Of a stretch of 50,782 nt of DNA, positions 7,783 through 16,258 are shown in pieces. This stretch comes from a virus (lineage: Duplodnaviria; Caudoviricetes). The translations under genes were made by a program, and so were the position numbers. The notes under the pieces were generated by a model. It had not been told where the DNA came from, ran no database searches, and worked only from the letters and a program-made list of their open reading frames with translations. Location of the stretch: positions 1 through 50,782 of IMG/VR virus record IMGVR_UViG_3300037607_000006; one strand, 5' to 3'. How positions within the stretch are numbered: the stretch's first letter is position 1; each line of letters starts with the position of its first letter.

Positions 7783-9085
7783 GATCACGATCGAAGAACC
7801 GCAAGGCGACACCGTGAGCGTCATCCCGTTTCACTTGTGGCCGGCACAGCGCGACGCACTCGATCTGATTGAGCGTGAGCCGCAGACGATCATCTTGAAG
7901 GCGCGGCAACTCGGTATCTCGTGGCTGTGCATCGCGTATGCGCTATGGCTCTGCTTGTTTCACCCGAACAAACTGGTCATGGTGTTCAGCAAGGATCAGG
8001 ACAGCGCCAACGAAATGATTAGGCGCGCAAAGGGCATCTATCAACGATTACAGCGCAAGCCGGCGACTATGAACGTCGATAACGTCACCACGATCGGCTG
8101 GTCTAACGGGAGCCGCATTAAATCATTTGCGGCGACTGAGGACGCGGGATCATCATATACCGCATCGCTTACGATCATCGATGAATTTGCAAAGATGCGT
8201 TACGCCAACGAACTATATACCAGCGTCATGCCGACGATCGCAGATGGCGGCAAGATGATCATCCTCAGCACGGCGCGCGGCGAGGGCAACCCGTTTCACA
8301 AGTTATGGGAGTCTGCCGTCAAGCGGGCTAATAGTTTCTGCGCGTTATTCCTGCCATGGTCGGCACGGCCTGACCGCACAACCGAATGGTACGCGGCGAC
8401 CGGGGCTGACGCGATCTCATCGGCGCATCACCAGCAGGAGTATCCCGCCACGCCCGACGAAGCGTTTGTATCGATTGGTGAGGATCGTTTTCTTTCCTCG
8501 ATCCTGCTATGGGATGCTTGCCATGAGGATTTGCCGCCGCTGGGCCGTGATGAGCCGATGATCGTAGCCATTGACGCGGGCGTATCTAACGACTCGTTTG
8601 GGTTGGTCGGTGTGACGGCGCATCCGTCGCGCTCTGGTGATTATGCGGTACGCATCGCGCAAGAGTGGAAGCCGCCGCACAATGGCAAGATCGATTTTCG
8701 TGGTAGTGCTGACGCGCCAGGACCGGACTGGACAATCCGCCACATACTTGTGCCGAAGTATGCCATTGTCCAAGTCGTCTACGATCCCTATCAACTTGAA
8801 TCATTGTGCGCCGATCTAATGCATGATGGCGTGATTCAATGTGTACCCTTCACGCAGCAGCGCGATCGGCTTGAAGCCGACAAGTTTCTGTATGATACTA
8901 TTCTGGCGCGGCGCATCGCGCACGATGGTAACGCCGATCTACGGCGACACATTGACAACGCGAACCGCAAGGTTGACCTTGAATCGCGCAAGTTGCGCAT
9001 TGTGAAGCGCGAAGAGTCGTTGAAGATCGATCTAAGCGTATGCTTGAGCATGGCGCTCTATTCCGCGCAAAAGGTAGGACTGTGA
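7577..9085 (+). CDS. terL: terminase large subunit (start uncertain, likely 7625-7700)
   Basis: ILKARQLGISW Walker A, IIDEFA Walker B, LSTARG, AIDAG nuclease aspartate, KIDLSV. Confidence 0.92.
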   Translation: MRRKRPRIGQIKIGENMQGSMDTVRARSLQRRSALSPLQVAANLWIRQEVIQKPATQTPPNLNQWINDEITIEEPQGDTVSVIPFHLWPAQRDALDLIEREPQTIILKARQLGISWLCIAYALWLCLFHPNKLVMVFSKDQDSANEMIRRAKGIYQRLQRKPATMNVDNVTTIGWSNGSRIKSFAATEDAGSSYTASLTIIDEFAKMRYANELYTSVMPTIADGGKMIILSTARGEGNPFHKLWESAVKRANSFCALFLPWSARPDRTTEWYAATGADAISSAHHQQEYPATPDEAFVSIGEDRFLSSILLWDACHEDLPPLGRDEPMIVAIDAGVSNDSFGLVGVTAHPSRSGDYAVRIAQEWKPPHNGKIDFRGSADAPGPDWTIRHILVPKYAIVQVVYDPYQLESLCADLMHDGVIQCVPFTQQRDRLEADKFLYDTILARRIAHDGNADLRRHIDNANRKVDLESRKLRIVKREESLKIDLSVCLSMALYSAQKVGL

Positions 9086-9297
9086 TGATTGTTGCATCCA
9101 TCATTGGCGGCACGATTGGGTTAAGTATTGGCCTGTTAATCATAGGGGCGATCTACAAGGTAATTGACATCCGTGAGCAAATCGTCTTTGAGCGCGAGAT
9201 GGATGCTAAATTGGTAGAGTTCGATAGGTTCGTTAAGCATCAGCAGGTAACATTGAACAATTCTATAATGGAATATCAGGAGCGAAACAATGCCTGA
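9085..9297 (+). CDS. small membrane protein
   Basis: N-terminal TM IIGGTIGLSIGLLIIGAIY; AGGA RBS. Confidence 0.55.
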   Translation: MIVASIIGGTIGLSIGLLIIGAIYKVIDIREQIVFEREMDAKLVEFDRFVKHQQVTLNNSIMEYQERNNA

Positions 9298-11158
9298 TGG
9301 ATTGACAACCGACTTACTACAGCGATCGGTAACAGCCGCCGATCAAGCCGAGTACAAAGGCGGCGGCGTCGTGCAGTTCTTGATCCCGTGGTTCATGATG
9401 GGCGCGGCCAATCTGCCGCTGCCGGCTGACCTGCCGCCGTACTGGACACTAAATCTTGGCATTGCGCGCTATTGGTCGCGTGACATGGTACTGAGATCGA
9501 CAATACTACATGAGGACTTCTGGGCATCGGCCGTGTTCAAGGCGGCGACGAAACAGGCGTCAAAGTCATTTGAGGTCAAGGGGCGCGGTGCCGATCGCTG
9601 GCAGCAGGTATTCCTTGACTGGGGCGGCGATGGTTACGTGCCAAGTCAAGAGCGGGCGATTATCGATTTCCTCAGCACGAACAACGGCGCATTTTGGGAA
9701 GTCGTCAGAGTGAGCAATGCCGCTGGTTCGCGCATCATTGGCCTGGTCCACTTGGATTCATTGCGTTGCATTCGCACGGGCGATCCTGAAATACCCGTTG
9801 TGTTCTGTGACTTGAAGGGCAAGTACCACGAGTTGCGCACGCATCAGGTGCTATCGCTGGTCGATATGCCCGATCCGTCGTCGGCTTCGCTGGGTATCGG
9901 CCATTGTGCCGCAGAGCGTGCCTATCATCACGTCTACGAATTGAGCGCGATCCGGCAATACGTGCGCGAGAAGGTGACGGGCAGCGGCGCGAACGTGCTG
10001 GACTTCATCACCGGCTTGAATGACACGCAATTGAAGGGCGTTGTTGACAGCGCGCGCGAACAGGCACAGGCGCGCGGGCAAGTCTACTACCAAGGCCATA
10101 TCATCACAGGACTACTCGCCCAGGTTGAGCCGAAACTGTTGCAGATCAAACTACGCGATCTGCCCGACGGCTTTGTCGCCAAAGAAGAACTAGAAACGGC
10201 GCTGCTTGTTTACGCGAACGCGATCGGCCTCGATCCGCAAGACATCGATCCGCGCCTGTTGGGCCCGCGTAGTATGGGCGTCTCAGCGCAGGCGAGTGTG
10301 CTTGACGAAAAACAGCACGCCCTCGGGCTGGCGGCATACGACAAGCAAACCACGCATTTGCTCAACAATTGGGTATTGCCGACTTCGGTTACATTCTCAT
10401 TCAATGAGCGCGACTTGCGCGAAGAACAAAGCGCCGCCGCCGTTGCGCTGGCGCGTGAGCAGATGCGCAACAGCATGATCTTAAACGGTGAATTGACCGC
10501 GCAGCAAGGCTTGCAGATGGCGATCGAGTCGAATGACGTACCGCGTGAATTTCTGCCCGCGCCGATTAACACAGATGACACGCCGCTCTCTGACGAAGAG
10601 AAGCCTATCGATCAGGCCGCGCCCGACGTGATGCAAGCACAAGCACAACCGCAAGCCACGCCGCAAACGGCGCAGCCGGCGAAGCAACCCGCGCCGGGGC
10701 AGGGCTTGCGCAAGGACACCAGCGCCGCTGTTAAGGAATTGGCCGATGCGCTGGAGAAGGTCAGCGCAGAGATTGCAACGGCGCGCAAGGTCATTCAAGA
10801 GAAAGAGCAAAAGAAACTGTCCAGCCGCTTGAAGCAATTAGTTAATCGCCCTGAGCCGCAGCCGCAACCCGCGCCACAGGTCAATGTCACGCTACCGAAC
10901 ATCAGCGTGCGCACACCCGATGTTACGATTCACAGCCCGATCAGCATCCCGGCGCAGAAAGAGCAAGCTGCGCCTGTAGTGAATGTGACGAATCAGATCA
11001 ACCCGACTCCGGTCACGGTTGAGAATCAAATTGACGTATCGCCTACGCCGATCGTCAACAAGGTCAAACTGGCTACAGCAGAGGAACGTGTCACGACGAT
11101 CGAACGCGACGCATCAGGCGACATGACACGCACTAAGACGCAGATCACAAGGAAATAA
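9290..11158 (+). CDS. portal protein with long C-terminal extension
   Basis: position after TerL, size, DFL..NNGAFWEV and YANAIGLDPQDI portal-like motifs. Confidence 0.8.
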   Translation: MPDGLTTDLLQRSVTAADQAEYKGGGVVQFLIPWFMMGAANLPLPADLPPYWTLNLGIARYWSRDMVLRSTILHEDFWASAVFKAATKQASKSFEVKGRGADRWQQVFLDWGGDGYVPSQERAIIDFLSTNNGAFWEVVRVSNAAGSRIIGLVHLDSLRCIRTGDPEIPVVFCDLKGKYHELRTHQVLSLVDMPDPSSASLGIGHCAAERAYHHVYELSAIRQYVREKVTGSGANVLDFITGLNDTQLKGVVDSAREQAQARGQVYYQGHIITGLLAQVEPKLLQIKLRDLPDGFVAKEELETALLVYANAIGLDPQDIDPRLLGPRSMGVSAQASVLDEKQHALGLAAYDKQTTHLLNNWVLPTSVTFSFNERDLREEQSAAAVALAREQMRNSMILNGELTAQQGLQMAIESNDVPREFLPAPINTDDTPLSDEEKPIDQAAPDVMQAQAQPQATPQTAQPAKQPAPGQGLRKDTSAAVKELADALEKVSAEIATARKVIQEKEQKKLSSRLKQLVNRPEPQPQPAPQVNVTLPNISVRTPDVTIHSPISIPAQKEQAAPVVNVTNQINPTPVTVENQIDVSPTPIVNKVKLATAEERVTTIERDASGDMTRTKTQITRK

Positions 11159-11159
11159 T

Positions 11160-11603
11160 ATGGCTGAAATCTTTGTAGACGAAGGTCTTGATCACATCAT
11201 GGGCATCTGGCCCAAGAACGGCACGAATGACGCCACGCTTTATATCGGCCTATTCACGAGCAACACGGCTAGCACCGTGCCAGCACGCACGGCAACAAAT
11301 GTCGGGCCGGTCGGCTGGACGGAAGCGGCGGGCGTGAACTATGCGCGTCAATCGATCGCGGCCGCTTCCTGGGGAGCGCCGGCCACGAATGGCAACGGGC
11401 GCAAGATCACGGCGGGGCAGGTGACATTCCCCACGGTGGGTGCTGGCGGCTGGGGCACGGTCAACGGTTTCTTTATTGCCACGACCGTAGATCAATCGAG
11501 CGGCGTGATCATCTACTTTGCCAATTTCGATGACACAACCGCAAAGGTGCTAGTCGCTAACAGCGTTGAAAAAGTAACGCCGAGTATGCAATTCGATGGC
11601 TAA
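11160..11603 (+). CDS. virion structural protein (fibre-associated type)
   Basis: LYIGLFT...YARQSI...VTFPT...WGTV pattern common in phage fibre-assembly proteins. Confidence 0.6.
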   Translation: MAEIFVDEGLDHIMGIWPKNGTNDATLYIGLFTSNTASTVPARTATNVGPVGWTEAAGVNYARQSIAAASWGAPATNGNGRKITAGQVTFPTVGAGGWGTVNGFFIATTVDQSSGVIIYFANFDDTTAKVLVANSVEKVTPSMQFDG

Positions 11604-11919
11604 TCCAACTGACGCTATAGTACAAGTACCGCCCGATTCAACGGGTAAGATGATTGACAACTCACAGGTAACGGTGGGGAGTAACACCGTCGAACGACAG
11701 CGAGTCAACATATCCGATCCATCTGACGCCAACGGGCACGCCGCCGTGATGAGTAGCAATCCAACGGGTAACGAGTTCGGGCTGTACGGCCTAGTTGTGC
11801 GTGCGGTTCCGCCTGACGAACTCTATGATTTCTGGTCGGAGCATGACGTTGATTTTGATGTGATCGATCTGGCGGTTGACATCGTGCATCAATTCCCTAA
11901 TTTCTATTTTGTCACATAG
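11596..11919 (+). CDS. putative virion protein
   Basis: QVPPDSTGKMID motif; coupled ORF. Confidence 0.55.
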   Translation: MANPTDAIVQVPPDSTGKMIDNSQVTVGSNTVERQRVNISDPSDANGHAAVMSSNPTGNEFGLYGLVVRAVPPDELYDFWSEHDVDFDVIDLAVDIVHQFPNFYFVT

Positions 11920-11928
11920 GAGCATGAC

Positions 11929-12576
11929 ATGAGCGATTTACAACGAGTGGGAACCAGTTACGGCCCAACAGGAACGGGCCAGCCGTTTTCGTCTGACACC
12001 ACAGGCGCACAGCGCATCACAGACGCACATGGACGCTATTGGGATTTGGTACGCACGGGGAACGCCTATGCCCTATCTGCGCGCAATCTGACGCTGGCGG
12101 CAGGGCAGGGTTACGCCCAGGCCGCTAATGCGACGATCAATTTTGCCTTCTGGAATCCGCAGAACAGCAATCGCTTACTGTCACTGATGAAGTTTTCTTT
12201 TGCAACGATCAGCGGAACTCCAGCAGCGGGTGAGGTTAATCTACAGATCAGCGCGGGCAACGTGATCACCTCGACAGCGAATGGCGTCCACGTCAATCTC
12301 TTCACGGGTCAGATCGTCGGATCGTCTGCAAAGTCATGGGTCAAGACGACAGCTGCCGCCATTGCGGGCACCGTCGCCTTCACGGATTTGCGGCCAGTAT
12401 TCGCGCAAACCGCAACAGCCGCCGCGAATCCAGTATCCACGATCTGCACCGAGATCATTGACGGCGAGATCGTGCTACAACCGGGCATGGCCTTTACCTT
12501 TGGCGTCGCGGGCGCGGGTACTTCTCACGTAGCCTCGGTCGGGCTGATGTGGGAAGAGATACCGCTATTGGTGTAA
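11929..12576 (+). CDS. putative virion protein (beta-rich)
   Basis: AGGAG RBS; T/A/G-rich; ends WEE like the 40477 protein (WTED). Confidence 0.6.
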   Translation: MSDLQRVGTSYGPTGTGQPFSSDTTGAQRITDAHGRYWDLVRTGNAYALSARNLTLAAGQGYAQAANATINFAFWNPQNSNRLLSLMKFSFATISGTPAAGEVNLQISAGNVITSTANGVHVNLFTGQIVGSSAKSWVKTTAAAIAGTVAFTDLRPVFAQTATAAANPVSTICTEIIDGEIVLQPGMAFTFGVAGAGTSHVASVGLMWEEIPLLV

Positions 12577-12580
12577 TGCT

Positions 12581-13135
12581 ATGACTACTTCTAACACCAT
12601 TGCGAGTATGCCCGCTACTGCGGCAAGCGGAAACGTCACGGCGGAAACGGCTTTTGGCTTAGTGAACGCCTCGACCACTCGCGCCTCGTGCGCGCTGCCG
12701 GCCACTTTTGCGAATCAATATCTGGATGGCCGTGAATTGGCGCTGCGGGTCGGTGTAGTTGTCACGACAGGCGCATCATTGACTTGGCGGCCTGGGATTC
12801 GTTACTATCAGACATTAGCGAATACCGACCTGACTACGTTCAACGCCAACGACACTTTGATTATCAATCCAACCGCGCAGACGATCGGCACGGCGACGAT
12901 CCTCTGGACGCTGAACGCACGGCTGGCCTGGGACGTAACAACCGGCGTCATGACGGGGAGTTACGAGAGCAGGTGCAGCACGGTCAATTATGGCACCTGG
13001 GCAGCGTTGACCGCGAATGTTACCGCGAACATGGCTAACGCGAATCTGATCAGTTTCTTTGTCACGGGGATATTTGGAACGACGAACGGCAGCAACACGG
13101 CGCGGTTGAAGTATTGCGAGTTGGACATCATTTAA
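12581..13135 (+). CDS. putative virion protein (beta-rich)
   Basis: T/A/N-rich ORF in structural operon. Confidence 0.55.
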   Translation: MTTSNTIASMPATAASGNVTAETAFGLVNASTTRASCALPATFANQYLDGRELALRVGVVVTTGASLTWRPGIRYYQTLANTDLTTFNANDTLIINPTAQTIGTATILWTLNARLAWDVTTGVMTGSYESRCSTVNYGTWAALTANVTANMANANLISFFVTGIFGTTNGSNTARLKYCELDII

Positions 13136-13145
13136 CTAACATGCG

Positions 13146-14018
13146 ATGCTACTGGACTATCGGCTATTCTGGCCTAACCCCAACCTCGACACTGGCGGCG
13201 CAGTCTCAGATTTACAAGCCAGCGGCGCGGATGCAGTCACGTATGCCGATACGGGCGGCGCAACATCAGACCTACAGGCCAGTGGATCGAGCATTACTGA
13301 TTTTGTCGATTCAGGAAGCGCGCGATCCGATCTGCAATCGAGTGGCGCAGATGTCATTACATACACTGACACAGGAACAGCCGAGAGTGATTTACAAGCC
13401 AGCGGATCAAGCGCGACAATCTTTGTCGATGCAGGTTCTGCAATCGCTGACTTGCAAGCCAGCGGCGCGGATTCAATTGCCTACATTGACGCCGGCGCAG
13501 CCCTGTCAGATTTACAGGCCAACGGCAGCGACGCAATCGCGTACAGCGATGACGGAACAGGCTATGCCGATCTGCAAGGCGCAGGCAGCGATGCGGTTAC
13601 ATATATCGATGCGGGTTTGGCGACAGCCGATCTACAGGGTAGCGGATCAGACGCACTTGCATTCATTGATCAAGGCGGCGCTCTTGGAAGTTGGCAAGCC
13701 AGCGGCGCAGATGATTTTGTACCATCCGGTCAGCATCACGACAGTGGCACGGCTACGGCGATTCTGTCAGTCAGCGGCGCAGACGCTATCACGTATAGCG
13801 ATGCAGGCTTTGCGATTGCTGTCCTGCGTGCTGGCGGCGTCGATGTGTTCATTGCGCCCGAACCGCCTACGCCTTCTGTACTGCCCGGTGGCAGTGGTAG
13901 CGGCTGGAGTGGCTTAGATATTCAAGACCACTGGCGCGATGATCTGGTTAAGCCAATCGATAAGCGCAAGAAACGCCAGCGCGCAGAAGCCGAGTTATTG
14001 GAATTGCTGAATGAATAA
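13146..14018 (+). CDS. fibre-like protein with ~11 tandem 20-aa repeats
   Basis: DxGxAxxDLQASGxDxxxYx repeats. Confidence 0.75.
   Translation: MLLDYRLFWPNPNLDTGGAVSDLQASGADAVTYADTGGATSDLQASGSSITDFVDSGSARSDLQSSGADVITYTDTGTAESDLQASGSSATIFVDAGSAIADLQASGADSIAYIDAGAALSDLQANGSDAIAYSDDGTGYADLQGAGSDAVTYIDAGLATADLQGSGSDALAFIDQGGALGSWQASGADDFVPSGQHHDSGTATAILSVSGADAITYSDAGFAIAVLRAGGVDVFIAPEPPTPSVLPGGSGSGWSGLDIQDHWRDDLVKPIDKRKKRQRAEAELLELLNE
13188..13860 (+). repeat. degenerate 60-bp coding tandem repeat (~11 units)
   Basis: e.g. DTGGAVSDLQASGADAVTYA / DTGGATSDLQASGSSITDFV / DAGSAIADLQASGADSIAYI. Confidence 0.8.
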
Positions 14019-14661
14019 AGAGGAAAGCCATCTACTTGAATTGATCGAACGCGCCGAGGCGTTGGTCGATGCGTGGCGTCTTGAAGTCACCGTCAAAACG
14101 ATCGCGCAGATCGTCGTATCCTACCGCGATCAACTGACCAATCTCGTGTATGACGTGTTCAACGGCAACAGCGACCCGGTAGACTTTCGGCGTGCGATGA
14201 AAGCACTACTCCGCGAGGATGCGCCGCAAGCGTTTGAAGAGGGGATGCGCGAAGGCGGCATACTCGATCCTGACGACGATGATCAGGCGGCGATGACCGA
14301 GAAGGTGAACGACTGGCTTGGTGAACAGGTGCAATACGTGAATGACTTTGCGAAGGCGATCGGTGAAGCCGCGAAGGACAAGACGCAGCGACAGGTGATC
14401 CTCGATCGCGTCGTGCTGTGGGTCGATGCCATGCGCAACCTGGGCGAGTTGGGCCGCGCTTACGCGATGGGCAACGTCAAGGCAACGTGGCAACTGGGCG
14501 ACCGCGCCACGCACACGTCGGACTGCATCGCACTCAGCAAAAGGCCGGCGCATCGCGTGTCGTGGTGGATGGAGCGCGGGTATACGCCACCGATTCATTT
14601 GGGTTGTGGGTGTGGCCTGATCGACGACAAGACCGGCGAAACGATCATGGGGGAAGGATGA
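14011..14661 (+). CDS. head morphogenesis / minor capsid protein (Mu gpF/SPP1 gp7-like)
   Basis: W.LGD..H.SDC..L ... PPIHLGCGC C-terminal motif. Confidence 0.7.
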   Translation: MNKEESHLLELIERAEALVDAWRLEVTVKTIAQIVVSYRDQLTNLVYDVFNGNSDPVDFRRAMKALLREDAPQAFEEGMREGGILDPDDDDQAAMTEKVNDWLGEQVQYVNDFAKAIGEAAKDKTQRQVILDRVVLWVDAMRNLGELGRAYAMGNVKATWQLGDRATHTSDCIALSKRPAHRVSWWMERGYTPPIHLGCGCGLIDDKTGETIMGEG

Positions 14662-15164
14662 CCTACATCCAGATCACATCTAACTCTGGTCAACTCTCTG
14701 CCTACCTGCTCCGCGTGGTGCGGCAACTGCCCGAAGTGCTAGACGAGGCAGTGCGCGAGTCTGCGGTAGAGGCGCAGACGATGTACGGCGCGACTGTGGC
14801 GACGTGGCGCACACAGCCGACTTTCGAGTTACAGCACGAAGGCACAGGGCGCTGGGGCATCAAGACCGATAGCGAGATTTACGGCTACGTGGACAAGGGC
14901 ACGCCGCCACATGAGATTGTGGCGCGGCGCGCGCCCTATCTGCGCTTTACGGTGCCATTCTCGCCAAAGACTAAACCGCGCTTCATTGTGTCATATGCTG
15001 GTTCGCGCGGCGAACAGTGGGTCAGCAAAAAGAGCGTGCATCACCCTGGCACGAAGGCGCGGCAATTCTCGCAGATCATTCAACAGCGCGCGCAAGCGCC
15101 GACAGCGAACCGACTACGGGCAGCACTCAAACAAGCGACATACGGAAGCGGGGCAGGGATATGA
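14658..15164 (+). CDS. neck / tail-completion protein (HK97 gp10-like)
   Basis: YVDKGTPPHEI..R.A..LRF ... VHHPGTKAR.F motifs. Confidence 0.7.
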   Translation: MTYIQITSNSGQLSAYLLRVVRQLPEVLDEAVRESAVEAQTMYGATVATWRTQPTFELQHEGTGRWGIKTDSEIYGYVDKGTPPHEIVARRAPYLRFTVPFSPKTKPRFIVSYAGSRGEQWVSKKSVHHPGTKARQFSQIIQQRAQAPTANRLRAALKQATYGSGAGI

Positions 15165-15397
15165 GCGAACCACGCGAGCCGTACATCAGCAGCACCGCGC
15201 CGATCGGCACGATCAGCACCGTTACGTTTGACGTGACGCCGGCGGAGCGCAATCTGATTCTACGGCTGCGCCAGCATCGCGGGATGCTGATCGTTGACGC
15301 CGATTCGATGTGTTGGTGGGCGGCAAATAAAATGGAGCAGGGCAACGGCAAAACGCCACAAGCGCAAACACTACCTTATCGCATGGACTTTACTTGA
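15161..15397 (+). CDS. hypothetical protein
   Basis: ATGA-coupled ORF MSEPREPY... Confidence 0.55.
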   Translation: MSEPREPYISSTAPIGTISTVTFDVTPAERNLILRLRQHRGMLIVDADSMCWWAANKMEQGNGKTPQAQTLPYRMDFT

Positions 15398-15413
15398 CAA
15401 GTAGTGCTATAAT
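15394..15413 (+). promoter_or_regulatory. short-spacer promoter-like motif TTGACA-N8-TATAAT
   Basis: cTTGACAagtagTGcTATAAT, 6 nt before ATG 15420. Confidence 0.6.
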
Positions 15414-15419
15414 GGTGAT

Positions 15420-15605
15420 ATGCACGAACCTGGCTATTACTGGATCATAATTAGGGGCAATGATAAGCCTACTATCTGCGAGGTAGATGAGGTAGCAGGG
15501 CATCGGTGGGTTTCAGTCATTGGAACTGATGACGATGTAAGCGAGTCAGATATCGAAACCTGGATCAGCCGCATCAGTGAACCGAGCATAGAGAAAGCAG
15601 TATGA
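15420..15605 (+). CDS. small hypothetical protein (probably leaderless mRNA)
   Basis: MHEPGYYWI...; no SD, ATG at expected transcription start. Confidence 0.6.
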   Translation: MHEPGYYWIIIRGNDKPTICEVDEVAGHRWVSVIGTDDDVSESDIETWISRISEPSIEKAV

Positions 15606-15681
15606 ACCTTTCGCTTATGATGAGATAGCACTACTTCAACTTGAAACTTAAACGCACAGCATAGAAATATGCGTGCCTGGG

Positions 15682-15728
15682 GAAGCCCCCACAGAGTCGA
15701 TATGACTTTGTGGGGGCTTCTTTATTTT
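15682..15728 (+). terminator. intrinsic terminator
   Basis: GAAGCCCCCACAGAGTC-gatat-GACTTTGTGGGGGCTTC-TTTATTTT. Confidence 0.75.
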
Positions 15729-15739
15729 GGGGTAACTAC

Positions 15740-16249
15740 ATGGCACAATTCGATCCGGTATTACTGGATGCACTCAATAAGCAGATTACCAATGAGCGTT
15801 ATAACTCTGCGATCTATCAGGCGTTGGCTAATCGCCTGGACTACCTAAACCTCCCCGGCTTTGCCCACTGGTTCCGCTGTGAAGCCAAGCAAGAGACGAA
15901 GCACGCCGCGAAATTCACTGACTACATCATTGATCGAAACGCCTTCCCGGTCGTCGCGCCGATTCAGGGTTACGCGCCGCCCGAAGCCGACATGCTCACG
16001 GCGGGCACGGTGTGCTTTACGGCGGCCCTGCAGCGCGAGGTCGTTACGACCGAGGATATTAAGACCCTGTACGATCTCTCTGAGCAGGCCGACGATTCGC
16101 AGACTTGCGAGTTCTTATTGTGGTTCTTGCGCGAACAAACCGATTCAGTACGCGAGACGACCGAGATGGTAGCGCGGGCGACGTTCGCGCAGGGCTGCCC
16201 AGCGGCAATCTTGAAGATGGACCACGATCTAGGCAAACGCAAAAAGTAG
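15740..16249 (+). CDS. ftn: non-haem ferritin (FtnA-like)
   Basis: LNKQITNE..S..Y, L.GFAHWF...A.QE..HA.KF..Y, ALQRE, FL.WF..EQ ferritin helices and ferroxidase ligands. Confidence 0.88.
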   Translation: MAQFDPVLLDALNKQITNERYNSAIYQALANRLDYLNLPGFAHWFRCEAKQETKHAAKFTDYIIDRNAFPVVAPIQGYAPPEADMLTAGTVCFTAALQREVVTTEDIKTLYDLSEQADDSQTCEFLLWFLREQTDSVRETTEMVARATFAQGCPAAILKMDHDLGKRKK

Positions 16250-16258
16250 AGGTGTCAA

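Noticed and set aside
9253-9269. Fifth short-spacer promoter before the portal (TTGAAC-N5-TATAAT)
   Set aside because: Hexamer, spacing and TG extension do not match the four good copies
13188-13860. Non-coding repeat array
   Set aside because: Period is 60 bp and conservation is at the amino-acid level, so it is a coding repeat
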